Shown here: one piece after another, positions 47,545 to 56,412 of the stretch
Numbering within the stretch: position 1 is the first letter of the stretch
Layout of the letters: each line of letters starts with the position of its first letter
From: Roseburia sp.
GTDB lineage: Bacteria > Bacillota > Clostridia > Lachnospirales > Lachnospiraceae
Reading direction: 5' to 3'
NCBI GenBank assembly: GCA_023662875.1
Contig: JAMPIG010000002.1
Span: 54,597-118,596 of the forward strand
DNA: 64,000 nucleotides
Translations under genes and position numbers: made by a program
The notes under the pieces: model-generated
Seen by the model: the letters and a program-made list of their open reading frames with translations, nothing else
What the model was told of the DNA's origin: nothing
Database searches by the model: none

Positions 47545-47616
47545 TATTAATAGACGTTTCGAGAGAGGCATCTAAAAGAGTACAAACAAGAAAACTCAAT
47601 ACAGGAGGAGTTCAAT

Positions 47617-47889
47617 ATGAACAAAACAGAGTTGGTTGCAGCTATGGCTGAGCAGGCAGGAGTATCCAAGAAGGACGCAGAGAAGGCGCTGAAGGCTTTC
47701 ACGGATGTTGTCGCTGATGAATTGAAGAAGGGCGGAAAGGTTCAGCTGGTTGGTTTCGGTACTTTTGAGGTATCCGAGAGAGCGGCGAGAGAGGGAAGAA
47801 ACCCCCAGACCGGCAAGGCTATGAAGATCAAGGCTTCCAAGGCACCCAGATTTAAGGCTGGTAAGGCTTTAAAGGACATGCTCAACTAA
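47617..47889 (+). CDS. hup: HU family DNA-binding protein
   Basis: MNKTELV...GFGTFEV...RNPQTG...PRFKAGKALKD. Confidence 0.97.
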   Translation: MNKTELVAAMAEQAGVSKKDAEKALKAFTDVVADELKKGGKVQLVGFGTFEVSERAAREGRNPQTGKAMKIKASKAPRFKAGKALKDMLN

Positions 47890-47907
47890 GTTTAACTTTG
47901 AATGCAG

Positions 47908-47934
47908 CGGAGAACCTTCCAGGTTCTCCGTTTT
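47908..47934 (+). terminator. Intrinsic terminator
   Basis: CGGAGAACCT-TCC-AGGTTCTCCG followed by TTTT. Confidence 0.75.
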
Positions 47935-48048
47935 GTCGTTTTGCGCGAAAGGTATTTGACGAGCAACGCGAGCGAGGGAAGCGGCGCTTCCCGAGCCTGC
48001 CTTTCGCGCGAAAGGCAGGAGAATATCCGATAAGGGAGGGAGACAGGC

Positions 48049-48288
48049 TTGAGACTGGATAAATATTTGAAGGTATCGCGGCTGATCAAGCGCCGCACGG
48101 TAGCGAACGAGGCCTGCGACAGCGGACGCGTCATGATTAACGGCAAGCCCGCGAAGGCGTCCGCCAACGTAAAAGAGGGAGATATTCTGACGATTTCCTT
48201 CGGCAATAAGGAGGTAAAAGTAGAAATTCTGGATGTACAGGAGACTGTTAAAAAGGATGAGGCGAAGGAGCTTTTCCGCTATCTTTGA
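48049..48288 (+). CDS. yabO: RNA-binding S4 domain protein
   Basis: MRLDKYLKVSRLIKRRTVANEAC; gene context. Confidence 0.9.
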   Translation: MRLDKYLKVSRLIKRRTVANEACDSGRVMINGKPAKASANVKEGDILTISFGNKEVKVEILDVQETVKKDEAKELFRYL

Positions 48289-48359
48289 CGCATGAACCGG
48301 CCCGGCGGCGCATAGGCTTTATAGAGAGGACTGCTTTGGCAGCGCCGGAGGGAGGGCTT

Positions 48360-48647
48360 ATGGAGGAATTAGGCAGCAGTACACGCGTACATAAGGTAGC
48401 GATGACGAACCGGAAGAATTGCGCGATAAACGGCGTTAAGGATGTACTTTCCTTTGATATACATGAGGTTCTTCTGGAGACGGAGCAGGGGATGCTGATG
48501 ATAAAGGGGGACGATCTGCATGTAAACAGGCTGTCCCTGGATAAGGGAGAAGTAGACGTAGACGGCAGAATCGACAGCTTTACCTATTCGGATGCTGGCG
48601 GAACCGGCCAGAAGAACGAATCGTTCCTGGCGAGACTGTTCCGGTAG
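48360..48647 (+). CDS. yabP: Sporulation protein YabP
   Basis: GVKDVLSFD...LET...LMIKG...LHV...GRID; gene context. Confidence 0.9.
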   Translation: MEELGSSTRVHKVAMTNRKNCAINGVKDVLSFDIHEVLLETEQGMLMIKGDDLHVNRLSLDKGEVDVDGRIDSFTYSDAGGTGQKNESFLARLFR

Positions 48648-48651
48648 ACCT

Positions 48652-49137
48652 ATGGTAAGCGAGAACGTATTTCTGTTCCATGCCCTGTTGATGGGCATAT
48701 ATATCTCATTCATCTACGACATATTGAGAATCCTCCGCAGAGTGATTCCCCATAACGGATTTCTGGTTTCCCTGGAGGATCTGGGCTTCTGGATTTACTG
48801 CGCGGCGGAGGTTTTTCTGCTGATGTATTATGAGAGCAACGGAAATCTACGGTGGTTTGCGGTGCTGGGAGCGCTGGCGGGGATGCTGGCGTATCGCAGG
48901 CTGGTCAGCGGAATCCTTGTGAAGTATGTCTCCCTGCTTCTGAAGCGGCTCCTGGAGATTCTTGGGAGGGCGTTTCGATGGATTCTTGGTCCCTTCGTCC
49001 GTCTGGGGCGAAAGGCGGGCAGAGGGGCGCGGAAGGCGGGGGTCAAAATCGCCCGGATCGCGGGTAGAATCCGAAGAAGAATAAAAAACAGGTTGACGCG
49101 CTTTCTGAAACTGTTTAAAATGAATTTAAGGAAGTAA
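48652..49137 (+). CDS. yabQ: Spore cortex biosynthesis protein YabQ
   Basis: YDILRILR...EDLGFW...NGNLRWF; TM segments; gene context. Confidence 0.88.
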   Translation: MVSENVFLFHALLMGIYISFIYDILRILRRVIPHNGFLVSLEDLGFWIYCAAEVFLLMYYESNGNLRWFAVLGALAGMLAYRRLVSGILVKYVSLLLKRLLEILGRAFRWILGPFVRLGRKAGRGARKAGVKIARIAGRIRRRIKNRLTRFLKLFKMNLRK

Positions 49138-49164
49138 AATAAAAGGAGCCGGAAAGGAGGGCCT

Positions 49165-49488
49165 ATGGCGAAACAGAGATCGAGAAACAGAGTTACATAC
49201 CGCAAGAGAAGCCAAAACCGCTTCAGTATGTTCCTGGTGACGCTGGTGGTCGTGATGATTATGATTGCCGTAGCGGTGCAAAGCGTGGAGCTGCAGAGGA
49301 AGATCGACGTCAAGGTCCAGGAGGAACAGAGGCTGCAGGAACAGATTGATGCGGAAAAGGCCCGCGCGGCGGAGCTGGAGGAATTCGCCACGGAGGTACA
49401 GACCAAGGGCTATATCGAGGATATCGCCAGGGAAAAGCTGGGGCTGGTTTATGAAGGTGAGATTCTTTTTAAAGAAAAGAAGCAGTAG
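49165..49488 (+). CDS. divIC: Septum formation initiator (DivIC family)
   Basis: Basic N-terminus, one TM, coiled coil, YIEDIAREKLGLVYEGE. Confidence 0.85.
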   Translation: MAKQRSRNRVTYRKRSQNRFSMFLVTLVVVMIMIAVAVQSVELQRKIDVKVQEEQRLQEQIDAEKARAAELEEFATEVQTKGYIEDIAREKLGLVYEGEILFKEKKQ

Positions 49489-49513
49489 AAAAGGAGCGCA
49501 GGCTCCTTTTTCT
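49489..49513. terminator. Intrinsic terminator
   Basis: AAAAGGAGC-GCAG-GCTCCTTTTT. Confidence 0.75.
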
Positions 49514-49625
49514 TTGCGTTTTTTGTCGCAAAACTTTAAGGCGTCGGCTCCCGGTTTTGACAAAAAAAGCGGGGAGCGAAATCTATAATCGGGCTTACCG
49601 TTAAAAAAGGGCGGCAGAAAGGCTG

Positions 49626-50807
49626 GTGGATGAAATGAGAACGGAGGAGCGCGAGCTTCGGACAGCGCAGGTATCGGATTTATGCAGACGGAAGCTGCTG
49701 AATTACGCGGACAGCTTTTACGAGCTGGCCCGGAGCTATGACAGGGAGTTCCGGCCGGAGAGCGGGGATCGGCAGGCTGTGCTTTCCGAAAGAAGACTTT
49801 GGGAGAGCAGACAGATTTTAAAAAGTCATCTGAACGAGATGGCGAGGATTATGACGGACGTGGCCTGCGAAGTACTCTGTTACAGGCCGATGGAGGAGAA
49901 AAAGAAACGCCTGCTGACGCACGCCATGCGGGAGGAAGGGATCCGGGTGGAGCAGCCCTGCTATCTGTCCCGTGAGGACGGGGGCGAGGCGGTCGTGCTG
50001 ACTATGAGTACCGATAAAAAGCCGGGGTTTCCGGCGGAGGAGGCGGCGGATATGATCTCTGTCCTGCTGAACCGGCGGCTGAGACTCTCCTCCGCCGGGC
50101 CCTTTTCCATAGGGCGGACGCCCCACAGCTTTATTCTGGAGCGGGAGGCGCGGTTTCTGGTACTGACAGGCTTTTCCAGGGCGATCCGGGAGAATGAGAC
50201 TGTTTCCGGCGATAACTACGCTGTTTTGGGAGGAGAGCGGGAGAAGCTTACGGTTATGCTGTCCGACGGGACGGGCTCCGGCGAGCGGGCCGGAAGGGAC
50301 AGCGAGCAGGTGTTGGATTTGATGGAAAAGTTTCTGGAGGCGGGTTATAGTACGGAGGCCGCGGTCAGGATGATCAATTCGGCGCTGTTTGCCCTGGGGG
50401 AGGACAGAAACCATCCGACTCTGGATATCTGCGATATCAATCTGAGCAGCGGAGCCTGCGAGCTGCTCAAGATAGGCGGCGCGGCGACCTTTCTGAAGCG
50501 CGGGAGAGAGGTAGAGCAGCTGGCGGAGGGAAGCCTGCCGCTGGGCATCTTTCAGCAGGCGCAGGCGGATCCGATCCGCAGGGAGCTGACGGACGGCGAT
50601 TACCTGATTATGGTGTCGGACGGCGTCATAGACGCTTTTGGCGAGCTGGACTATGAAAATACCATGAGCATGGCCGTCGCCGGGATAACGGAGCAAAATC
50701 CGGGGGAAATTGCGGACAGGCTGCTGCGGGAGGCGCTGGTCGCCGCGGGAGGCCGGATTCGGGACGATATGACGATAGGGGTCGTAGGCGTCTGGGAGAT
50801 GGTATGA
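49626..50807 (+). CDS. spoIIE: SpoIIE-family PP2C phosphatase lacking an N-terminal membrane domain
   Basis: SGDNY, SDGTGSG, VSDGV and DDMT; position after divIC. Confidence 0.8.
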   Translation: MDEMRTEERELRTAQVSDLCRRKLLNYADSFYELARSYDREFRPESGDRQAVLSERRLWESRQILKSHLNEMARIMTDVACEVLCYRPMEEKKKRLLTHAMREEGIRVEQPCYLSREDGGEAVVLTMSTDKKPGFPAEEAADMISVLLNRRLRLSSAGPFSIGRTPHSFILEREARFLVLTGFSRAIRENETVSGDNYAVLGGEREKLTVMLSDGTGSGERAGRDSEQVLDLMEKFLEAGYSTEAAVRMINSALFALGEDRNHPTLDICDINLSSGACELLKIGGAATFLKRGREVEQLAEGSLPLGIFQQAQADPIRRELTDGDYLIMVSDGVIDAFGELDYENTMSMAVAGITEQNPGEIADRLLREALVAAGGRIRDDMTIGVVGVWEMV

Positions 50808-51028
50808 GGCGCGGCGGGAAGCGGCTTTTCCTGGAATGAACAGGTTCCGAGGGATAGTTTATGCCGACCGCGCTGGCATGAAAAAGTATGGAGCAAAGGG
50901 TTCGTCTTGGTAAAAATGATCAATTTTGGTATAAATTTTCTACAGAATTCGCCATTGAAAAAATAGACAAACGGAGAAGTTAGCGATAAAATAGAGTAGA
51001 AAATATTTTTACAAGGAAGGGATACTCT

Positions 51029-52186
51029 ATGAAAAAGAAATTAATAGCAGCGCTTGTAATAGCAATGTCGCTGAGCATTTTCGCAGGCTGCGGAGGGGAA
51101 AGCGACGACGACATTTCCCCGGTAACCACGCTGAACCCTGAGCCGATTTCAGAGGAATCGCCGACGACTGCGCCGGAGCCGGAGACTACGCCGGAATCCA
51201 GCGAGACGCCGGAGGAGAATCACGACGGCATGTACCGCAGCGAGATTACCAACGAATGGATCGATGAGAGCCTGAAGGATCAGCGTCCTATCGCCGTACT
51301 GGTTGACAATGAAAAGATTGCCCTGCCTCATTACGGCCTGACGGAAGCGGATGTGGTCTATGAGATCATGAACAGCACCGCCAACGGAAGAATTACCCGT
51401 TTTATGGCGATCGTGAAGGATTGGGGCAATATCACCCAGTTCGGCAGCATCCGAAGCGCGCGCCCTACGAACTTCATGCTCGCGCCGGAGTGGAACGCTG
51501 TGCTGATTCACGACGGCGGCCCTTTTTACATCGACGATTGGGTAAAGAAGAGCTATTCGGCGAACCTGAGCGGCGGTTTTGCGCGGTATGAGAACGGTAA
51601 AAAGACGGAATATACCGAGTATGTGACCTACGACTCCTATACCAACACGACGAAGAACAAGACCTATGACGGTTTGAAGCAGCGCTTTGAGAAGTCAAAG
51701 TATACGACTACCTATAATGATTATTATGAGGGGCCTCACTTCCTGTTCGCGGATGCGGAGATCGACTTTTCGGGCAGGAGCGACGCGAAGGAAGCAAGCA
51801 GGATTGAGTTGCCCTTCCCGCATAATAAATCAACTCTGAAATATAACGACGAGACAGGTACATACGATTATTCCGAGTACGGCGCGAACCATCTGGATCC
51901 GCTGCACGACGACGCACAGCTGACCTTTAAGAACGTAATCCTGCAGAGTACATCGTTCAATCAGCTGGATGACGGCGGATATATGATTTACAATGCGATC
52001 GGCAGCGGCGACGGTTATTATATTACCAACGGCAAGGCGATCGCGGTATCCTGGACGAAGGCTACAGAAAGCGGAATTACGCATTATTACGATAAGCAGA
52101 CGGGGAACGAGATCCAGATCAATACCGGGAAAACCTATATTTCCCTGGTTCCCTCCGATAGTTGGTCAAATCTGGTGATGGAATAA
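51029..52186 (+). CDS. DUF3048 (YerB-like) lipoprotein
   Basis: Lipobox FAGC; RPIAVLVDN, ADVVYE, ITRFMA and GSIRSAR. Confidence 0.85.
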   Translation: MKKKLIAALVIAMSLSIFAGCGGESDDDISPVTTLNPEPISEESPTTAPEPETTPESSETPEENHDGMYRSEITNEWIDESLKDQRPIAVLVDNEKIALPHYGLTEADVVYEIMNSTANGRITRFMAIVKDWGNITQFGSIRSARPTNFMLAPEWNAVLIHDGGPFYIDDWVKKSYSANLSGGFARYENGKKTEYTEYVTYDSYTNTTKNKTYDGLKQRFEKSKYTTTYNDYYEGPHFLFADAEIDFSGRSDAKEASRIELPFPHNKSTLKYNDETGTYDYSEYGANHLDPLHDDAQLTFKNVILQSTSFNQLDDGGYMIYNAIGSGDGYYITNGKAIAVSWTKATESGITHYYDKQTGNEIQINTGKTYISLVPSDSWSNLVME

Positions 52187-52363
52187 CAGAATTCCCGCTT
52201 CGCGAAAATTCTGTTATCATGAATAAAAAAGCGAGCGATGTTTCCGGTAGAAGAAAAGCGCCGACTTCATAAGAAAACATATTTTAAGGCGGATACCGTA
52301 AAATTTTACTGTACAAATCCCTTTATCTGCGAGAAAATATCTTAAGGAAAAGGAGTGCGTAAA

Positions 52364-53755
52364 ATGAAGGGATCCGCTTTAAAAAACCGGGAGGAGATTC
52401 TTCGGGGCAGCTTATGGAAGGCAGTCCTCGCTTTGGCAATACCGGTTATTATCAACAGCTTTCTGCAGACCATGTATAATCTGACGGATACCTACTGGCT
52501 GGGGAAGCTGGGAACGGAACAGCTGGCGGCGATCAATCTGGTGTCGCCGGTGCAGCAGGTAATTGTAAATTTCGGATCCGGTATCACGATGGCCGGTTCC
52601 GTGCTGATTGCACAGTACATCGGCGCGGGCGTCAGAGAAAATGCGAAGAGCATGGCAAACCAGATTTTTGTCTGCGCCATGTGCTTCGCCGCGGCCTGCG
52701 CCGCGCTGTGCTTTCTCTTTACGCCTGCGATCGTAGGCTGGCTGAAGGCGGACGGAGAGACCCGGCTTCACGCGGTGGCCTATCTGCGGGTCGTGATCTG
52801 GGATATGCCATTTTTATACATGGTCAATATTTTTTCCGCCGTCCATCAGGCCCAGGGCGATACGGTAAAGCCCATGTTCCTGAATCTGGGCGGAATCCTC
52901 CTGAACATGGCGCTGGATCCTGCGCTGATCGTTCTCTGCGATCTGGGAGTAGCGGGAGCGGCGCTGGCAACCCTTCTGGCGAAGCTGGCGCCGGCGGTAG
53001 TGGCCTTTTTCCTCCTGACGAGGAAAGAGCAGGAGATCCGGCTGGAGAAGTCCTGTATGCGGCTGGAGAGGGAAAAGGTATCTATGATTGTCCGGATCGG
53101 ACTGCCTACCGCGATCGGGGGAAGCACCATGCAGCTGGGCTTTCTGCTGATGAGCCGAAATGTGTTCGCCTACGGCAGCCAGGCGATGGCGGCCTACGGG
53201 ATCGGGAACAAGATCAACGGACTGATCACGCTGCCCAGCAACGGGATCGGCTCTGCGGTGGCTACGATCGTGGGACAGAATATTGGGGCGGGCCAGACGG
53301 AGAGAGCGGGGAAGGGCTACCGCATCGCCATGCGGATTTCAGTAGTATTTCTCTTTATCGGCGGGATGATTTTATCCCGGGTCGGTATCTCTACGGCGAT
53401 CGCGGGGATTTTTTCCGAGGACGGGGCGGTTATCGGGATGGCGGCGGACTTCCTGCGGGTCATGGCGTTCTGGTGTTTCGCCAACGGCGTCTATAACTCG
53501 ACGATCGGCCTGTTTAACGGAACCGGACATACGGAGGTCACGATGGCGGTAAACGTTTCCAGACTCTGGATTTTCCGCTTCCTGACGCTCTGGTTCTGCG
53601 AGAGCGTCCTTAGGATGGGAGTCAGGAGTATCTGGTACTCTGTCGTGGTGAGCAACGGTATCTGCAGTGCGATCCTGTATCTGCTGTATTTGACCGGACT
53701 TTGGAAGAGACCGAAAATAAAGACCCGGAGGAGCGAGCCGGATCAACGCGGTTGA
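52364..53755 (+). CDS. MATE family efflux transporter
   Basis: QTMYNLTDTYWLG, AQGDTVKP and NMALDP; about 12 TM segments; AGGAG RBS. Confidence 0.92.
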   Translation: MKGSALKNREEILRGSLWKAVLALAIPVIINSFLQTMYNLTDTYWLGKLGTEQLAAINLVSPVQQVIVNFGSGITMAGSVLIAQYIGAGVRENAKSMANQIFVCAMCFAAACAALCFLFTPAIVGWLKADGETRLHAVAYLRVVIWDMPFLYMVNIFSAVHQAQGDTVKPMFLNLGGILLNMALDPALIVLCDLGVAGAALATLLAKLAPAVVAFFLLTRKEQEIRLEKSCMRLEREKVSMIVRIGLPTAIGGSTMQLGFLLMSRNVFAYGSQAMAAYGIGNKINGLITLPSNGIGSAVATIVGQNIGAGQTERAGKGYRIAMRISVVFLFIGGMILSRVGISTAIAGIFSEDGAVIGMAADFLRVMAFWCFANGVYNSTIGLFNGTGHTEVTMAVNVSRLWIFRFLTLWFCESVLRMGVRSIWYSVVVSNGICSAILYLLYLTGLWKRPKIKTRRSEPDQRG

Positions 53756-53926
53756 TTTCCGCGGGCAAGCCGGGTTAATGAGGTTGACTTCCACGGGCAA
53801 TGGGTCGGGTTAGCGCGGCGGCTTTGCGTCGGCGATGAAAGCTAATCAATGGTTGACCTGAACAGTTGGCAAATGTAGAGAATAGCAGTACATGATGTCG
53901 GCAGCAGGATTTTGGGGTTGCGACGT

Positions 53927-55369
53927 ATGCGGCCGGATGAGAAATTGGAGCCTACAAAACAGGAGTTGAGGAGAATAAAAACGAAAGAGGGACAAAGGGA
54001 AAAAGACAGAAGAGGAAAAAGCAAAAGAGGAAGAGGCTGGCTGATTCTCGCGATAGCGGGGTTGATTCTGGCCTTGAATATAGCGGCCTGGAGCAGTACG
54101 GCTTTCTGCGACTGGTATATCGCGCATATCTTTCCGATCTGGGTCAATACCTACGGCCGTATCACGGGGCTTTTCCCCTTTTCCGTAGGGGAGTGGCTGA
54201 TCGCCGCGGGGGTTCTGCTGCTGGGGGCGGCGGCAGTGATCGCGGTTCTCTGCGGCGTCTGCGGCATTGTAAAGCTGGCGGGGCGCGGGAAGCGCATTAA
54301 GGACACCGTTTCCGAAGGCGAGTGTGTGTGCGGGAGTTCGGGAAAAGCGGTCGAAGCTTCGATGCGTGCAGATGCGGCGGCGTCGGCGCAAGTCAGGGAA
54401 AAGCCGCTCAGAGCCGAGAAAGCTTTTCTGAGGTTTGCCGGAAAATTTTACCGCTTCTTCGGCTGGACGCTGCTGGCGGTCTGCCTGATCATGACCCTGA
54501 ACTGCCTGATTTTATACCATGCCTCCACCTTCTCGGAGCATTATTTCGGGGAGGACAACGGGGAATATTCCGCGGCGGAGCTGGTCGCCCTCTACAATAT
54601 GGTGGCGGAGGAGTGCAACCGTCTGGCGGGAGAAATAAAACGAAACGAGGCCGGGGAGGCGGTTTACGAAAGTCCTCAGGGTACGGAAATTTCCGTGCGG
54701 GACGCCGAGGGCTGGAAAAAGGGGCTGGGAGAGATGGCCGATGAGGCAGGCGGCCTGATGCGGCAGCTGGGAGAGCGGTATCCGCAGCTGAGGGGCTGGT
54801 ATCCGCGGCCCAAGGCGCTGGTCTTTTCGGACTTTATGTGCCAGCAGTATATGCAGGGCTACTATTTCCCCTTTTCCATGGAGGCAAATTATAACGACGT
54901 CATGCATATCCTGAATATCCCCTCGACTATGTGCCACGAGCTGGCGCACCTGAGAGGCTATATTTATGAGGATGAGGCAAACTTTATCGGTTATCTGGCC
55001 TGCGTGCAGTCGGAGAATCCTTTCTTTCAATATGCGGGATACCTCAGCGTCTTAAACTACCTGTACAACGACGTATACAAGCTGAGGACGACTGCCCCCG
55101 GGACTTACGAGGCCGCGCTGGCTGTCATTACCCCGGTTACCGTTTCGGAACAGGTCTGGAAGGACAATATCTTTGTGGCTGACGAGGAATGGGATCGAAT
55201 CAACGGCAAGGCGCTGCTGGACACGGAGTTTGTGGACGCGGCGGCGGACGTATTTATCGATACGAACCTGAAGGTGAACGGGGTCGCCGACGGGAAGTTC
55301 AGCTATAATCGGGTAGTGCGGCTGCTGATGCAGTATTACAGGCAGGAGCTGGGAGTTGTTTGGGATTGA
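53927..55369 (+). CDS. DUF3810 family membrane-anchored putative zinc metallopeptidase
   Basis: PFSVGE, GYYFPFSMEANYN, CHELAH (HExxH) and EDEANF; start codon uncertain. Confidence 0.82.
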   Translation: MRPDEKLEPTKQELRRIKTKEGQREKDRRGKSKRGRGWLILAIAGLILALNIAAWSSTAFCDWYIAHIFPIWVNTYGRITGLFPFSVGEWLIAAGVLLLGAAAVIAVLCGVCGIVKLAGRGKRIKDTVSEGECVCGSSGKAVEASMRADAAASAQVREKPLRAEKAFLRFAGKFYRFFGWTLLAVCLIMTLNCLILYHASTFSEHYFGEDNGEYSAAELVALYNMVAEECNRLAGEIKRNEAGEAVYESPQGTEISVRDAEGWKKGLGEMADEAGGLMRQLGERYPQLRGWYPRPKALVFSDFMCQQYMQGYYFPFSMEANYNDVMHILNIPSTMCHELAHLRGYIYEDEANFIGYLACVQSENPFFQYAGYLSVLNYLYNDVYKLRTTAPGTYEAALAVITPVTVSEQVWKDNIFVADEEWDRINGKALLDTEFVDAAADVFIDTNLKVNGVADGKFSYNRVVRLLMQYYRQELGVVWD

Positions 55370-55443
55370 CAAAAAGTATATATTTGCGATGAAAGTAAAA
55401 CGCTTCGTTAAAACAGGAAGAGATAAGGAGAGACAGAATACGG

Positions 55444-56412
55444 ATGGAATATAAGGAAAGAGTTAATTTTCAGGCAAAATTTGAGCCTGAGGGAAATTAT
55501 ATTCTTCACGGGACGGGACAGTATGATATTCTGGAAAAATTCAGTTCTTATGACAGATATCGAAAATGTCTGCCGGAGACTCCGCCGATTATGACGATCG
55601 CCTTTGTGGGACTTTATGATGATGTTCGATATGATCTGTTTGCGGCGTTGATCAATACGCATATTCATTCTTACACAAACAGCAGCTATATATTGCCGCA
55701 GATCGGCGTAGAGTTTTGCAGAGACGAAATGCCGGGGACAAATTACGAGCAGGAGATTGCGGCCGGAAAGCGGGATGAGGAAATCCGCAGATTTATGCGG
55801 GCTATGAAAACGATCGACCGGCCTGTGTTCATTCGTCCCGGCTACGGTTTTAACGGCGAATGGAACGGTTATGATCCTGAGAACTATAAAAAAGCCTTTC
55901 GCAGGATGAAGGATATTGCGGAGGAAGTGGAGTGTCAAAACTGCTGCTTTTCCTGGAATTACAATCCTGCCGCCAGAGAGAAGGACTATATGAAGTATTA
56001 TCCCGGAGACGCGTATGTAGACTGGTGGGGAATCGATATTTTCCAGACGCCGGAGGAGTCCGCGCCATACGCCTATACGTTTTTGGAGGATGCGGAGAAG
56101 CACAGAAAACCGGTTATGCTGGGAGAAGCGACGGCCTACCGATATGGGACAAGCTACGAGGGATGGCAGAAGTGGTTTGTTTCCTATTTTCGTTACATCA
56201 AGCAAAATCCGGTTATCAAGGCGGCGTGCTATATTAATTGGGACTGGACGCAGTATGCCAAGTGGTCTAACTGGGGAGACTGCAGAATAGAGACAAACGA
56301 AGAATTGGTAAAATTATTTAAACAGGAATTATCTACTCCGGTATGGCTTAATGATGTTGACAGGCAGACCGTCCGTAATCTGCTGAAAGTAAGCAAGTGG
56401 GGGTTGGAATGA
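55444..56412 (+). CDS. Cytoplasmic GH26-like protein lacking the acid/base glutamate (probable pseudoenzyme)
   Basis: FEPEGNYILHG, RPGYGFNGEW, YYPGDAYVDWWGID and KPVMLGEAT; no signal peptide; paralogue of 60538-61629. Confidence 0.8.
   Translation: MEYKERVNFQAKFEPEGNYILHGTGQYDILEKFSSYDRYRKCLPETPPIMTIAFVGLYDDVRYDLFAALINTHIHSYTNSSYILPQIGVEFCRDEMPGTNYEQEIAAGKRDEEIRRFMRAMKTIDRPVFIRPGYGFNGEWNGYDPENYKKAFRRMKDIAEEVECQNCCFSWNYNPAAREKDYMKYYPGDAYVDWWGIDIFQTPEESAPYAYTFLEDAEKHRKPVMLGEATAYRYGTSYEGWQKWFVSYFRYIKQNPVIKAACYINWDWTQYAKWSNWGDCRIETNEELVKLFKQELSTPVWLNDVDRQTVRNLLKVSKWGLE

Noticed and set aside
27235-47599. Very long antisense ORFs (27235-29085, 39769-41589, 41644-42678, 45662-47599 and similar)
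   Set aside because: They mirror well-supported plus-strand genes; codon bias in GC-rich genes suppresses antisense stops, and the translations carry no motifs
49489-51028. tRNA genes expected near the divIC/spoIIE region
   Set aside because: No cloverleaf or T-loop consensus was found there or elsewhere in the window
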